64,000 nt of DNA from assembly GCA_977017575.1 (NCBI GenBank), contig CDRNVI010000011.1, positions 1 through 64,000 of the forward strand, in the 5' to 3' direction. The notes beneath the pieces were generated by a model. It saw nothing but the letters and a program-made list of their open reading frames with translations. It was not told where the DNA came from and searched no databases. The stretch comes from Paramoeba atlantica. Its lineage: Eukaryota > Protista > Discosea. A program made the translations under genes and the position numbers. Of this stretch, positions 51,842-61,925 are shown in pieces; the stretch's first letter is position 1; each line of letters begins with the position of its first letter.

Positions 51842-52591
51842 ATGCCATTTGCCATTGGTTTAACGTATGTGTTCATAGCTTTGGCTCTGCAAGGCGCAGA
51901 TCCATCTGCCGGCCCATCAAAAGTTCGTGGCGCTAATCTCCCACTAGAATATGATTTTGCGCGACTCACCCAAGATATCGTTAATCCACATCCCACCTGG
52001 GAAATTGGCATTCCAGGTTGTAAGTGGAAGGGCGTAATATGTCGCAAAGAGACTTTGTTGGGAATCTCTTGGTCGTCATATAAACTCTCGGGACGATTGC
52101 ATTTCCGTTATTTGCCACAGATTTTGCCACGTTTTATGGTAGATTACAACCAACTCAGTGGTGAGATGGATATCGACACTTCACCCACCTCTCTCGTGCT
52201 TCTGAATTTAGATTCAAATAATTTCTCCGGATCTGTACATTTGGATTGTCTTCCTCCAGCAATGCAACGAGTGTACCTTTTGAGGAATTTATTTAGCGGT
52301 GAAATTGATTTTTCGTTTTTACCGCAAACGTTAACTCACCTCGATTTGAGTCGAAACCACTTGAGAGGGGCGCCAAATTTTGAGTTGCTTTCTTCCTGTT
52401 CAAGACTGCAATCTCTTGATTTGTCTTTCAATTGTTTTTCTGGTCTTATCAAATTGGACTCACTTCCATCACGTCTAGAATCTCTACATTTGGATCATAA
52501 CCAGTGTCTCTATGGTGATATCGATACCTCACTTCTACCCGAAAATTTATTTCTTACGACGGGTGGGACAAATGTTACAAAGCGAAAGTAG
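51842..52591 (+). CDS. Leucine-rich repeat protein with signal-peptide-like N-terminus
   Basis: MPFAIGLTYVFIALAL.., WKGVIC cap, LPxxLxxLxLxxNxFSG repeats. Confidence 0.88.
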   Translation: MPFAIGLTYVFIALALQGADPSAGPSKVRGANLPLEYDFARLTQDIVNPHPTWEIGIPGCKWKGVICRKETLLGISWSSYKLSGRLHFRYLPQILPRFMVDYNQLSGEMDIDTSPTSLVLLNLDSNNFSGSVHLDCLPPAMQRVYLLRNLFSGEIDFSFLPQTLTHLDLSRNHLRGAPNFELLSSCSRLQSLDLSFNCFSGLIKLDSLPSRLESLHLDHNQCLYGDIDTSLLPENLFLTTGGTNVTKRK

Positions 52592-52959
52592 TACGAACGC
52601 TTTGATGTTTTTTACTGTCGTGTTGCTCGCATTCGTAATATGCCTCAAAGTACTTTACATTGGTATATCAATCTTATGCCATCTGAAAGACGAATGAAAA
52701 TGGTTTACCTTTTTTGTTTGCTGTACTACGTGATATACTACTGGTAGGTATCATACTCCGGAGCATGTAGTTTAACTAGTTTTAACAAACTTTCATATAA
52801 ATGTCGTTAGGAAATACAAATTACAATGTCATTCTTAAGCGATCTCCGCATCCATGTCGCAAGCGTTGAATTCTTTTGGAATTTTTGTTCGTATCTTTTT
52901 TTCACCTACTGTAAACGGTTTGAGCTTTTACTGTAAACGTTAATTTTGAACTTTCTAAA

Positions 52960-53658
52960 ATGGGAAAATTAAATCCGTTAGCGACCTCTTTCCATCCGAA
53001 CCCACATCAAAGGGATGATCGACTTACCGAACAAAAAGCAGTTCTATCTAGCTATCGTACACCTCCAAATGTGTGGAAATTTTATTATACCGTTTCCACA
53101 AAAAGGTGTGACAAAGATTATTCATCCTTATTAATACACGAAACCTGTAGCGTGAGCTTTCCTCCCTTACCATGCACAATACCCTCTCTGATCCTACAAC
53201 CAAACTCTTCTCTGGCTTTCTTGCAGAGCCCAAATCTCAAAAAGAGCAGTGAAACTGGGGAAAGTGGGTTGTGGAAGATTCATGTGAGGGGTAACGTGCA
53301 AGACGTTACCCTAACATTCTGCAAACTGTGCCGCTACCTTGCGTGTGTGCAGAAGTTTACAAAATATATTCTAGGAGTTAGTCTAGAGAGGGTGTTACAT
53401 GATAATATCATTCGTTTATGGCTACACAATTGTTCGCGTGATGATGAACCTCAGCTGTTACAACGGACCTCAGGTTCGGATGTGAAATCCTGTAACAGCA
53501 GTGGGTCGTCAAACCTATTGTTTGAAATATTACGTGATGTCGCCAACAGTGTGAGCCTTACGGGACATGCCGAATACTTTACCGAATCATGTAGGGATGA
53601 CGATAATGAGATTCCCGTTATAGAGGAGCAATTGTTACAGTGTGTACAAATACAGTAA
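52960..53658 (+). CDS. Divergent eIF4E-fold protein
   Basis: VWKFYY, SGLWKI, ILGVSL..IIRLWL; canonical cap-binding WED motif not seen. Confidence 0.5.
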   Translation: MGKLNPLATSFHPNPHQRDDRLTEQKAVLSSYRTPPNVWKFYYTVSTKRCDKDYSSLLIHETCSVSFPPLPCTIPSLILQPNSSLAFLQSPNLKKSSETGESGLWKIHVRGNVQDVTLTFCKLCRYLACVQKFTKYILGVSLERVLHDNIIRLWLHNCSRDDEPQLLQRTSGSDVKSCNSSGSSNLLFEILRDVANSVSLTGHAEYFTESCRDDDNEIPVIEEQLLQCVQIQ

Positions 53659-53845
53659 TTTCCTACGAAAGAAATCATATTATTTATTCTCTTGCCTTTT
53701 TCATCCTTTTCAATCTCGATGGTTTTCGTGTTCTTGTTATTTTTTTGTGTACGGTTAGCACACTAGATTTAATTGAACGATTTTTTCATTTCACATCTTA
53801 AACATTCTTTTTTTCGTTTTACGTGTATAACCTTTTTTATTCGTA

Positions 53846-54349
53846 ATGGTGGTGAACTACTCACGTAAACCTGCGGATGAGGAGCTCTCGGTAAAGGCCA
53901 AGGCATCGGATCTCCGTGTGCACTACAAAAACACCCGAAACGCCGCCCACGTCCTACGAGGCCTCTCTCTTCGCAAGGCCAGCCGTTACCTCAAAGACGT
54001 GCTGTCCCGAAAGCGCTGTGTGCCTTTCTTCCGACACAGCAAACACACCGGTCGTACCGCGCAAGCCAAGGAGTGGAAGACGACCAAGGGACGATGGCCG
54101 ATTAAATCCGTCAATGCACTCCTGGAACTTTTACGCAATCTTCGTGCTAACGCGAACCACAAGGGCCTTACCTCGGGTGACTTAGTGATCTCACATATTG
54201 CAGTACACCGTGCGATGAAGCAGCGACGTCGGACGTACCGTGCCCATGGACGCATTGGCCCCTACATGTGTAGCCCGTGTCATATCGAGATGTTCGCCGA
54301 GAAGCCACGGGAAGTAGTGAAGAAGCCCACATCGAAGCCGATTCATTAA
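53846..54349 (+). CDS. RPL17: 60S ribosomal protein L17 (uL22)
   Basis: DLRVHYKNT, GRWPIKS, RRRTYRAHGRIGPYMCSPCHIE. Confidence 0.97.
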   Translation: MVVNYSRKPADEELSVKAKASDLRVHYKNTRNAAHVLRGLSLRKASRYLKDVLSRKRCVPFFRHSKHTGRTAQAKEWKTTKGRWPIKSVNALLELLRNLRANANHKGLTSGDLVISHIAVHRAMKQRRRTYRAHGRIGPYMCSPCHIEMFAEKPREVVKKPTSKPIH

Positions 54350-54597
54350 ATGGGGAATGTGGTGGGTGAAGTCCTAAAGTTGTATAGGAGACGTACAAGA
54401 TTGAAATTTGAGAAAGAGCAAGTTTAGTTACTGAGAAGTTTATGACAGTTAGTTTGCATGGAAAAGAATAGAACAAAGTTAAAGGTTTTCAGTATTTGTA
54501 AAAAAAATATGATAGCAATTACATGTTGTGTCTGAACATTTGGAATCGATAAGTTAGAGATTTTTATCAATTTTTTCTAATTTCTAATTGAAACAGT

Positions 54598-57381
54598 ATG
54601 ACTGGTGATTGCGCAAGAGCTCCAGTAGCGCGACTTTGTTTCAAAGCTCTTCCTACCAGGCGTGGCACTTTTAATATGAGAAGCTACGTAGCGGGACTAC
54701 GCTTGAGATTATCGTTGTTGAGAAACAAGTTGTTATCGAACACGGATGCAAGAGGACTTATTGGAAATAGTCTTTCATCAGATCTTCGGGTGCTTTTCAA
54801 TGAAGTACGGAAATCCTCTGCTCTTGGTTCTACAAATTTACGAAGTTGCGACATACTTCCCATGGAGTCATCTTTATGTGCTGTCGAACATTCACCTACT
54901 AGCACAGCACTAAAAAGATCTCACATTTCTTCTGACTGTCCTTCCGGATCACAATGGAAGGTATTCGGTTCTATTTCGCAAAGCCACTTGGGGAAATCGG
55001 CTGGAAATATTCATATACGGAAAACTTCTGGTCCCAAACTTCCAGGAAATTCCGGGAAATCTGATCAGGACAAAAACAGCAACAGATCCCCAGAACCAGA
55101 GGCAGAGGAAGACAACGATGATATTTACCGAGTGGTGCGAAATCTGCTACTTCGTTTCGCCGTTCTGTCCTTAATTTTCTACTACTTTAGCCTCCCAAAG
55201 GGATACGCTGTATCCTTAGAGGAGGTACTGCGAAACCAGCACGACAGCACTCCACTACGTTTCGATCGCTGTACCGTGTATAACACCTATGTTCAGTGGT
55301 ACGAGCCAGGAGCGTTCGTGTCTTTCTACTACACCACTATCCCCGACGTGAGTTACTTTGACACATTCATGCTGCCATTGGCTCAGAAATCTCACGGGGA
55401 GAGCATCACAGCAAAATATAAGTACACCTCCTGGTCGGAGTGGGGGGTAACTGCACTGGGTGTACTGGTGTGGGTCGTCCCGCTGCTGTATGTCCCCTTG
55501 CTGCTGAGCTCCTATATGCGCCCGATGATGCCTCCCATGGGAATGTCGCCCGGGGGCTCCGGAAGCCGGTCCGGGAATAAGATGATGGACATTAAAAATT
55601 CGATTCAGTTTCAGCCCGCTACGAGTCAAATGAGTTTCCGCGACGTGGTGGGGATGTATGAGGCTAAAAGAGAAGTGTCCGAATTCGTTGAGTTTCTAGG
55701 TAACCCTTCTCGGTTTCTTGCGCTTGGCGCGAAGATTCCAAACGGAGCGCTGTTACTCGGTCCTCCTGGTGTGGGCAAGACGTTGCTGGCCAAAGCGATG
55801 GCGGGTGAAGCCAAGGCTAAATTCATTGCCTGCTGCGGCAGTGATTTCGTGGAGCTCTACGCTGGCATGGGTGCACTCCGTGTACGAAAACTTTATGAGC
55901 AAGCTCAGCGCTTTGCTCCGTGTATTGTGTACATCGACGAAGTGGACGCGATCGGAATGAAGCGAACCGGGGATTTACGTGGGGGAGGACAGGAAAGAGA
56001 GCACACCCTAAACCAACTCCTTGCCTGCTTGGACGGGTTCAACTCCAAGGCTAACGTCATCACGATCGCCTCCACCAATGCGCCCGTAAGTGTTCTAGAC
56101 CCCGCGCTGGTACGTCCCGGTCGTCTTGATCGCATGGTAAACATTGACAAACCATTAATTAAGGAGCGCGAAGAGCTTTTTACATACTATTTGGAAAAGG
56201 TGAATCTAGTCCCGAGTTTGTCGTACCAGGATCCTCTTAATCCAGATTTAATTTTTCGAGAAGAGGAACGCAAGAAAGAGGAATTACTCACAAGGGAGCG
56301 GGCTGAAAAATCTCTTGTGGATGCAAACTCGGGATCAGCCAAAAAAGGCGATGACAAGCCGAAATTACGCGAGCACAAGTTTGAACCGACTCGTCTAGAG
56401 GATGCACTGTCAGAGAATTCCGAAAAGGTAACGGAGCCCATCCCAGTAACTGTCCCCGTGCTGAAAAGGGATCCCCTCTCTCCTCATCCTGATCTCGTCT
56501 CTGCCAACATATCATTGCGTCCGATCATCAAAAATAACATGTCTGTGGTGGAAAACTTTGCCAAGCGTATGGCACAGATTTGCCCTGGATTCACCGGGGC
56601 GGATATTCGCAACGTTTGTAACGAGGCCGCGATTCTGGCTGCGCGTCATTCGATGTGCTTTATCGATCTGATTTGCCTGGAAAAGGCCGCGGACCGGGTC
56701 CTGGCGGGAATTGAGAAGCGCGCCCAGGTTTTGTCCGCGTTTGAACGTCGTGTGGTGGCCCATCACGAAGCCGGTCACGCCGTAGTCGGGTGGTTTCTGG
56801 AGCGTGCCGATCCCCTGATGAAGGTTTCCATTGTTCCGCGAGGTGGGAAGGCGCTGGGCTACGCGCAGTATCTCCCCACGGAACACAGCCTGCAGACGGA
56901 AAAAGAGATGTTTGACGACCTTTGCGTGTGTTTGGGCGGCCGTGTGGCAGAGCTTGTGTTTTTTAACCATCTCTCGACCGGTGCTCAGGATGATCTCACA
57001 AAGGTGTATCGTCTCGCCTATGCCCTGGTTGGACTCTACGGACGGGTTCCGGGGCTGTCCTCTACCAGTCTTCGCCCTCCCGGTCAGGACGATATGATAT
57101 CGGCCAAGAGATACTCCGATGAGACGGCACAAAAACTGGATGCAGAGGCCAAAGAATTGGTGGACCGAGCGTTCCAGAAGACCATGAAGATCGTCCGCGA
57201 GCACGAAAAGCAAACAGAGGAGATTGCGCAACACCTTTTGACGTACGAACTTCTCACTCGCGATGATATTATTCGTGTGCTTGGGGCACGGCCTTTTCGA
57301 CAAGAAGGCTTTGAAGAGGTGAATACGACCCCAAGTGAGATTCCTCAAAACCACCCTCTACGTCCGCAATCTACAACATAG
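54598..57381 (+). CDS. Mitochondrial m-AAA FtsH-type metalloprotease (AFG3L2/paraplegin-like)
   Basis: Two TM segments, GPPGVGKT, YIDEVDAIG, LVRPGRLDR, HHEAGH (HExxH), STGAQDDL. Confidence 0.93.
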   Translation: MTGDCARAPVARLCFKALPTRRGTFNMRSYVAGLRLRLSLLRNKLLSNTDARGLIGNSLSSDLRVLFNEVRKSSALGSTNLRSCDILPMESSLCAVEHSPTSTALKRSHISSDCPSGSQWKVFGSISQSHLGKSAGNIHIRKTSGPKLPGNSGKSDQDKNSNRSPEPEAEEDNDDIYRVVRNLLLRFAVLSLIFYYFSLPKGYAVSLEEVLRNQHDSTPLRFDRCTVYNTYVQWYEPGAFVSFYYTTIPDVSYFDTFMLPLAQKSHGESITAKYKYTSWSEWGVTALGVLVWVVPLLYVPLLLSSYMRPMMPPMGMSPGGSGSRSGNKMMDIKNSIQFQPATSQMSFRDVVGMYEAKREVSEFVEFLGNPSRFLALGAKIPNGALLLGPPGVGKTLLAKAMAGEAKAKFIACCGSDFVELYAGMGALRVRKLYEQAQRFAPCIVYIDEVDAIGMKRTGDLRGGGQEREHTLNQLLACLDGFNSKANVITIASTNAPVSVLDPALVRPGRLDRMVNIDKPLIKEREELFTYYLEKVNLVPSLSYQDPLNPDLIFREEERKKEELLTRERAEKSLVDANSGSAKKGDDKPKLREHKFEPTRLEDALSENSEKVTEPIPVTVPVLKRDPLSPHPDLVSANISLRPIIKNNMSVVENFAKRMAQICPGFTGADIRNVCNEAAILAARHSMCFIDLICLEKAADRVLAGIEKRAQVLSAFERRVVAHHEAGHAVVGWFLERADPLMKVSIVPRGGKALGYAQYLPTEHSLQTEKEMFDDLCVCLGGRVAELVFFNHLSTGAQDDLTKVYRLAYALVGLYGRVPGLSSTSLRPPGQDDMISAKRYSDETAQKLDAEAKELVDRAFQKTMKIVREHEKQTEEIAQHLLTYELLTRDDIIRVLGARPFRQEGFEEVNTTPSEIPQNHPLRPQSTT

Positions 57382-57589
57382 AGAAAAAGTTGTAAGTTTT
57401 TTTCATGACACCATTAAACGAAAATCATAGCCGCTTCATATGTTTTTACAATTTTAGGAAACCATCATAGTTTAAACCAACATTTTGCTTTCTGCGTTCT
57501 TCTAAAAAAACACGTGCAACAAAACACAACACTAGGTCCTTTCCTTCCTACGTCCCTTCCCTTTTCTCCCCTCCCCAACACATTCCTCC

Positions 57590-59074
57590 ATGTCCGCTCC
57601 CACGCCCACCCCTGCCACCATCACCCAACCCACCCGACTCCTCGGTGACCACGAGATGGGTCTCGAACATCTCTCCCAGAACGACTTTGAGGTCTCCCGC
57701 CTCCCTGTCCGCACCCCTCGCTATCCCAACCCCCTCGCACTCGCCAAGAAGTCCTGGATGCGACACGGGCTGTTTCTCCCGGAGGATTCGAAAATTCTAG
57801 CCAACCCGCTGGTGGGGCCCAACGTCTCTGTGGCTCACCGTTGGCAAATGCGCCTGGCCGGGCCTCGAGCGGATCTCCATTTCAACCCGGAGAAGACGGT
57901 GATTGGGGTCGTCACCTGTGGGGGGCTGTGTCCTGGGCTAAATGACGTGATCCGAGGCATCGTGAACAGCGCCGTCGAGGGTTACAACATTCGTAAGATT
58001 TATGGCTTCCGGTTTGGGTACTGGGGACTTAGCCGGGCGGGGCGATCCACCGCAATGGAACTCACCCATGACGCGGTGCAGCGGATCCAAAGTGAGGGCG
58101 GGTCGTTTCTTGGTACCAGCCGCGGACCGCAGAGTCCACAGGAGATGGTGGACACGTTGGCGTTCTACGGGGTGAATATTTTGTTTACCGTTGGAGGGGA
58201 TGGCACCCAGCGCGGGGCCTCGCGGATTGCCGCGGAGGCGAAGCGTAGGGGACTTGATCTCTCTGTCGTGGGGATTCCGAAAACGATTGATAACGATATT
58301 AGTTTCTGCCACCGCACGTTTGGGTTTGAGACGGCTGTGGAGCAGGCGGTGAACGTGATCCGTTGTGCGTACAGTGAGGCCAGCAGTCACCTTTACGGTG
58401 TCGGGCTGGTAAAAGTGATGGGACGTCACAGCGGTTTTATTGCTGCCCAGGCTGTGCTGGCGAGTGCTGCGGCGCATATCTGTCTGATTCCAGAGTCTCC
58501 CATCTCCGAAGAAACGTTCTTTAAGCTCCTGGAGGAGCGCTTCCGCAAGTCCCCGCACTGTGTGGTTGTCGTCGCTGAAGGGTTCGGACAACACTGGCAG
58601 CATGACACCCCGTCGCGAGGAAAGGATGCTAGTGGAAATGTAAAGCTGATTGACATTGGGGAGGTGCTGCAGCGAAAGATTAACGCGTACATGAAGGCAC
58701 GCGCGGAGAAGTACACCATCGCGACCGTAAAGTACATCGACCCCTCGTACATTATACGTGCCTGTCCCCCGACCAGTAGTGACTCCGCCTTCTGCTCCCA
58801 ACTTGCCATGCTCGCCGTGCATGAAGGTATGTATGGGATCACCGACGCGCTGATTCTTTCTTGGTATGATCATTTTATTACCATGCCTATTAAACTTGCG
58901 ACGTCGATACGGAAAGTGGTTGACTTGCGAGGAGGACTATGGCGAGCGGTGCGGGAGATGACGGTGGATCTCGACCCAAAGAACGGCGCCGCGAAGAAGA
59001 AAACTATACAGCAGGAGTTGCAAAGGCTGGACCGCGAGCGTGCGCGATTACGGAAATCGTTGTCTAAACTTTAA
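57590..59074 (+). CDS. PFK: Kinetoplastid-type ATP-dependent 6-phosphofructokinase, glycosomal (PTS1 -SKL)
   Basis: VTCGGLCPGLND, GGDGTQRG, PKTIDND, VMGRHSG, YIDPSY; ends LSKL. Confidence 0.96.
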   Translation: MSAPTPTPATITQPTRLLGDHEMGLEHLSQNDFEVSRLPVRTPRYPNPLALAKKSWMRHGLFLPEDSKILANPLVGPNVSVAHRWQMRLAGPRADLHFNPEKTVIGVVTCGGLCPGLNDVIRGIVNSAVEGYNIRKIYGFRFGYWGLSRAGRSTAMELTHDAVQRIQSEGGSFLGTSRGPQSPQEMVDTLAFYGVNILFTVGGDGTQRGASRIAAEAKRRGLDLSVVGIPKTIDNDISFCHRTFGFETAVEQAVNVIRCAYSEASSHLYGVGLVKVMGRHSGFIAAQAVLASAAAHICLIPESPISEETFFKLLEERFRKSPHCVVVVAEGFGQHWQHDTPSRGKDASGNVKLIDIGEVLQRKINAYMKARAEKYTIATVKYIDPSYIIRACPPTSSDSAFCSQLAMLAVHEGMYGITDALILSWYDHFITMPIKLATSIRKVVDLRGGLWRAVREMTVDLDPKNGAAKKKTIQQELQRLDRERARLRKSLSKL

Positions 59075-59473
59075 AGGAGTGCTTGGTGGTAGGAATAAGA
59101 TCCTCGTTGATGATCTTGGCTGTGTAATATTTTGGTAGTTGGAATGAGCTATAAGTAGACACAAAACGTGACCTCATGCAAATTAAAAACAGTACAGGAA
59201 GGTTTTTGCCTGGTCGAAGGACACTACGCGGGCTATGTGGGCGTTTGGGCAGAACAAGTCTCGTGGGCTTTTCTTATCTGTCTTTCCACTTTTTAGTGTG
59301 GCAAAACCTCACCTCTAACCTTTTTTGCAAGAATATTTTGCAGACTGTTGAAAACAGTGTTTTACTTTCTCATTTTAACGGTTTGTTCTGGTAAATTCGC
59401 ATAAAAATCAACATGAATAAAATTACTATGTTTTCTACGGCTTCATTTTGACCATTAACTGTTTTCCTATTCG

Positions 59474-61666
59474 ATGAAGTGTGTACCCTCAATTTGCCCA
59501 TGCTTCCGGCTACTACCAATAATGCCTCCTACACGAGTGCTCCATACTGCCTTGGTTCCAGCAAATCTCCTTTTCCTTCGCCCGTGTCGCTACACATCGC
59601 ACTCAACCTCCATCCTCCGCAACCGACCCTCAAGCGACGCGTACGTCACCTGCGGCATCCACGGTCGCAGCCGCCCGATCCACGCCATGCAACCCATGTT
59701 AGAAGACATCATCAGCGACCAGCACGACACTATTTGGTGTCCTCGCGGGTACGACATCCCTGGCGTACTCAACGCCCAGGAAGTGGAGGAGAAACTCGCC
59801 CTCTCCTCCCGATCTCTCTGCTCAAACTCCTCTTCCACCGCAAACGTGATCCACTACCGTTGCAAGACCTCCTCTCCTTGTATTCGAACCCAACCCAACG
59901 CATACGCCACAACCCCAACCAAAGCCCAACCCCTCCTCACCTCCCAAGACGCCCATCCCGATATGTGTACCCCCTCACCTCACACAACAGCGAATCCTGG
60001 ACCCCACACCCCTCCACCCACCCCACCTTCAACCCCCACAACCCTACCCCCCTCGTTCCTATCCACGCCCCTCTCCTCCCCCACCTCCCCCTCCCCTCTC
60101 CCCTACAAATGCTCCGTACACAACTGGGGACGTAGCGACGGTCCCTCCTTCCTGGTCTGTTTGAGTGGTACTACTCCTACCCCTACTCCATCCACTACTA
60201 CTACTACCACTGCTCCATCCACCACCACGACTACTCCATCCACCACTACTACTACTCCATCCACTACTACCACTACTCGGAATCCATCCACGACTACTAC
60301 TACTACTACTACTCGCAATCCATCCACGACTACTACCACTACGCCATCCACGACTACTACTCGTAATCCATCCACTACTACGACTACTCCATCCACTGCT
60401 GCTACTCCGTCCACTACTACCACTACTCGTAATCCATCCACTACTACTACTACTCGCAATCCATCCACGACTACTACCACTACGCCATCCACGACTACTA
60501 CCACTACTTCATCCACTCCTCCATCCACTCCTACACCCCCTTCCTCTTCTTCCTCTACTACCACCACTACTCCATGCACCACTACGACTAGCAATCCATC
60601 CACTCCCCCTACTACTGCCTCCACCACTACCCCTGCTCCCTCCCCTACCCCTCCCCCTTCCCCGTTCTACGCGTGTACCCTGGCCCGCCCCTGCCGCGGG
60701 CTCACCCAGCACAAGCTCCAGGCCCGCACCCCGTACTCCTACAACGCCATGGTCCACTGCAGCACGCACCGGGAACGGCGGCGGCTGTGTGACATGGTGT
60801 GGGGGCGGCTGAGGGGGGGGAGGGGGGACGCGACGGGGGAGGGGGGGGAGGGGAGGGGGAAGGGGCTGTGGGTGTGTGGGCCGTGGAAGCCGTGTAGGGG
60901 GGGGAGAGGGGTAGAGGGGGGTACGGAGGTACAGGGGGGTAAGGAGGTGCAGGGGGGTGAAGAGGAAGGAGAAGGGGATGGGGTGAGATCCGAACGGTTG
61001 GGGGGGAGCGGACGACGTGAGGGGGAGGGCGTGGGAGTGGTGAGGGGGGGTGGGGGGAAATCGGGAGTGGTGCGGGTGAGGTGTGCGCGCCACCATGTGG
61101 TACGGTACCGACCGTATGTGGAGAGGGTGGAGGCGGCGGAGCCGGGGGCGGAGGGGGTGTTTGTGTGTAAAGGGGAGTTTCGGTGTTCCGAGGAGAGTGT
61201 GGCGCTGGATCCGTTTGGGTATGCGCTGGAGAGGGAGATTGCAAGGGTGAAGGAGGAGAAGGGGTTGCGGTTTGTGTGTAGTGAGCACGTGAGGGCGGAA
61301 ACGGGAAGGGGGGAAGGGGAAAAACCGAGAAGACCGTTGCTGGGTGCGGGGAAGGTGGTGTTCCAACTGAAGCCACGACCAGGGTCGTGGTACTGCTCGG
61401 CGTCTCAGTGTGGGGAGCTGAACATGAGTGCATGCTACTGGTGTTTTTATTGCAACACGGCACGCTCGTCACAGAGTCGTGTAATTCCCTGGGATCCTTC
61501 GAAAAAAGATTTTCCTGGGAAAATTGGGGACTGGGTATGTCTGGCGTGCCGGAAAATGAATTTCCAATTTGAGCGCCACCAAGATGAGAGCGGCGAGCTG
61601 CGTAAAATTACCAAATGTGCGTTTTGCCGCACCTTAAAGAGTGATGAGTCGCCTGTAATACAGTAA
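59474..61666 (+). CDS. Protein with 4-5 C-x2-H fingers, Thr-rich repeat and two C-terminal RanBP2-type zinc fingers
   Basis: CGIHGRSR, CSVHNWGR, CSTHRERR, CARHHVVR; WYCSASQCGELN..WCFYC and WVCLACRKMN..KCAFC. Confidence 0.8.
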   Translation: MKCVPSICPCFRLLPIMPPTRVLHTALVPANLLFLRPCRYTSHSTSILRNRPSSDAYVTCGIHGRSRPIHAMQPMLEDIISDQHDTIWCPRGYDIPGVLNAQEVEEKLALSSRSLCSNSSSTANVIHYRCKTSSPCIRTQPNAYATTPTKAQPLLTSQDAHPDMCTPSPHTTANPGPHTPPPTPPSTPTTLPPSFLSTPLSSPTSPSPLPYKCSVHNWGRSDGPSFLVCLSGTTPTPTPSTTTTTTAPSTTTTTPSTTTTTPSTTTTTRNPSTTTTTTTTRNPSTTTTTTPSTTTTRNPSTTTTTPSTAATPSTTTTTRNPSTTTTTRNPSTTTTTTPSTTTTTTSSTPPSTPTPPSSSSSTTTTTPCTTTTSNPSTPPTTASTTTPAPSPTPPPSPFYACTLARPCRGLTQHKLQARTPYSYNAMVHCSTHRERRRLCDMVWGRLRGGRGDATGEGGEGRGKGLWVCGPWKPCRGGRGVEGGTEVQGGKEVQGGEEEGEGDGVRSERLGGSGRREGEGVGVVRGGGGKSGVVRVRCARHHVVRYRPYVERVEAAEPGAEGVFVCKGEFRCSEESVALDPFGYALEREIARVKEEKGLRFVCSEHVRAETGRGEGEKPRRPLLGAGKVVFQLKPRPGSWYCSASQCGELNMSACYWCFYCNTARSSQSRVIPWDPSKKDFPGKIGDWVCLACRKMNFQFERHQDESGELRKITKCAFCRTLKSDESPVIQ
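60165..60645 (+). repeat. Coding low-complexity repeat ((RN)PSTTTTT)n
   Basis: Recurring CCATCCAC(T/G)ACTAC units. Confidence 0.9.
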
Positions 61667-61925
61667 TGCGCCGTGTTTTACTTGCTTTGAAAAGGGGATT
61701 TTCTCTCACACAAGGATGTGGCACGTACATCAGATGTACGAGATCAGATGTAGAAATTAGATGTCATCTAGTTTCGAGTACATGTAGTTCATGTGAACTG
61801 TGACGAGTATTTTTTTCTTTGTGCAATTGTTAATGGTTTGTTACATTGGAAACTACTCTTTATGTAAGTAATGCTCTTTATTGTCCTATTGGTTTTCATT
61901 TTGATAGGTGTATTGCTCTAGAAAT

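Noticed and set aside
13262-61472. Many long antisense or alternate-frame ORFs rich in Pro, Gly or Val overlapping real genes
   Set aside because: Explained by stop-codon depletion in the C/G-skewed and repetitive islands
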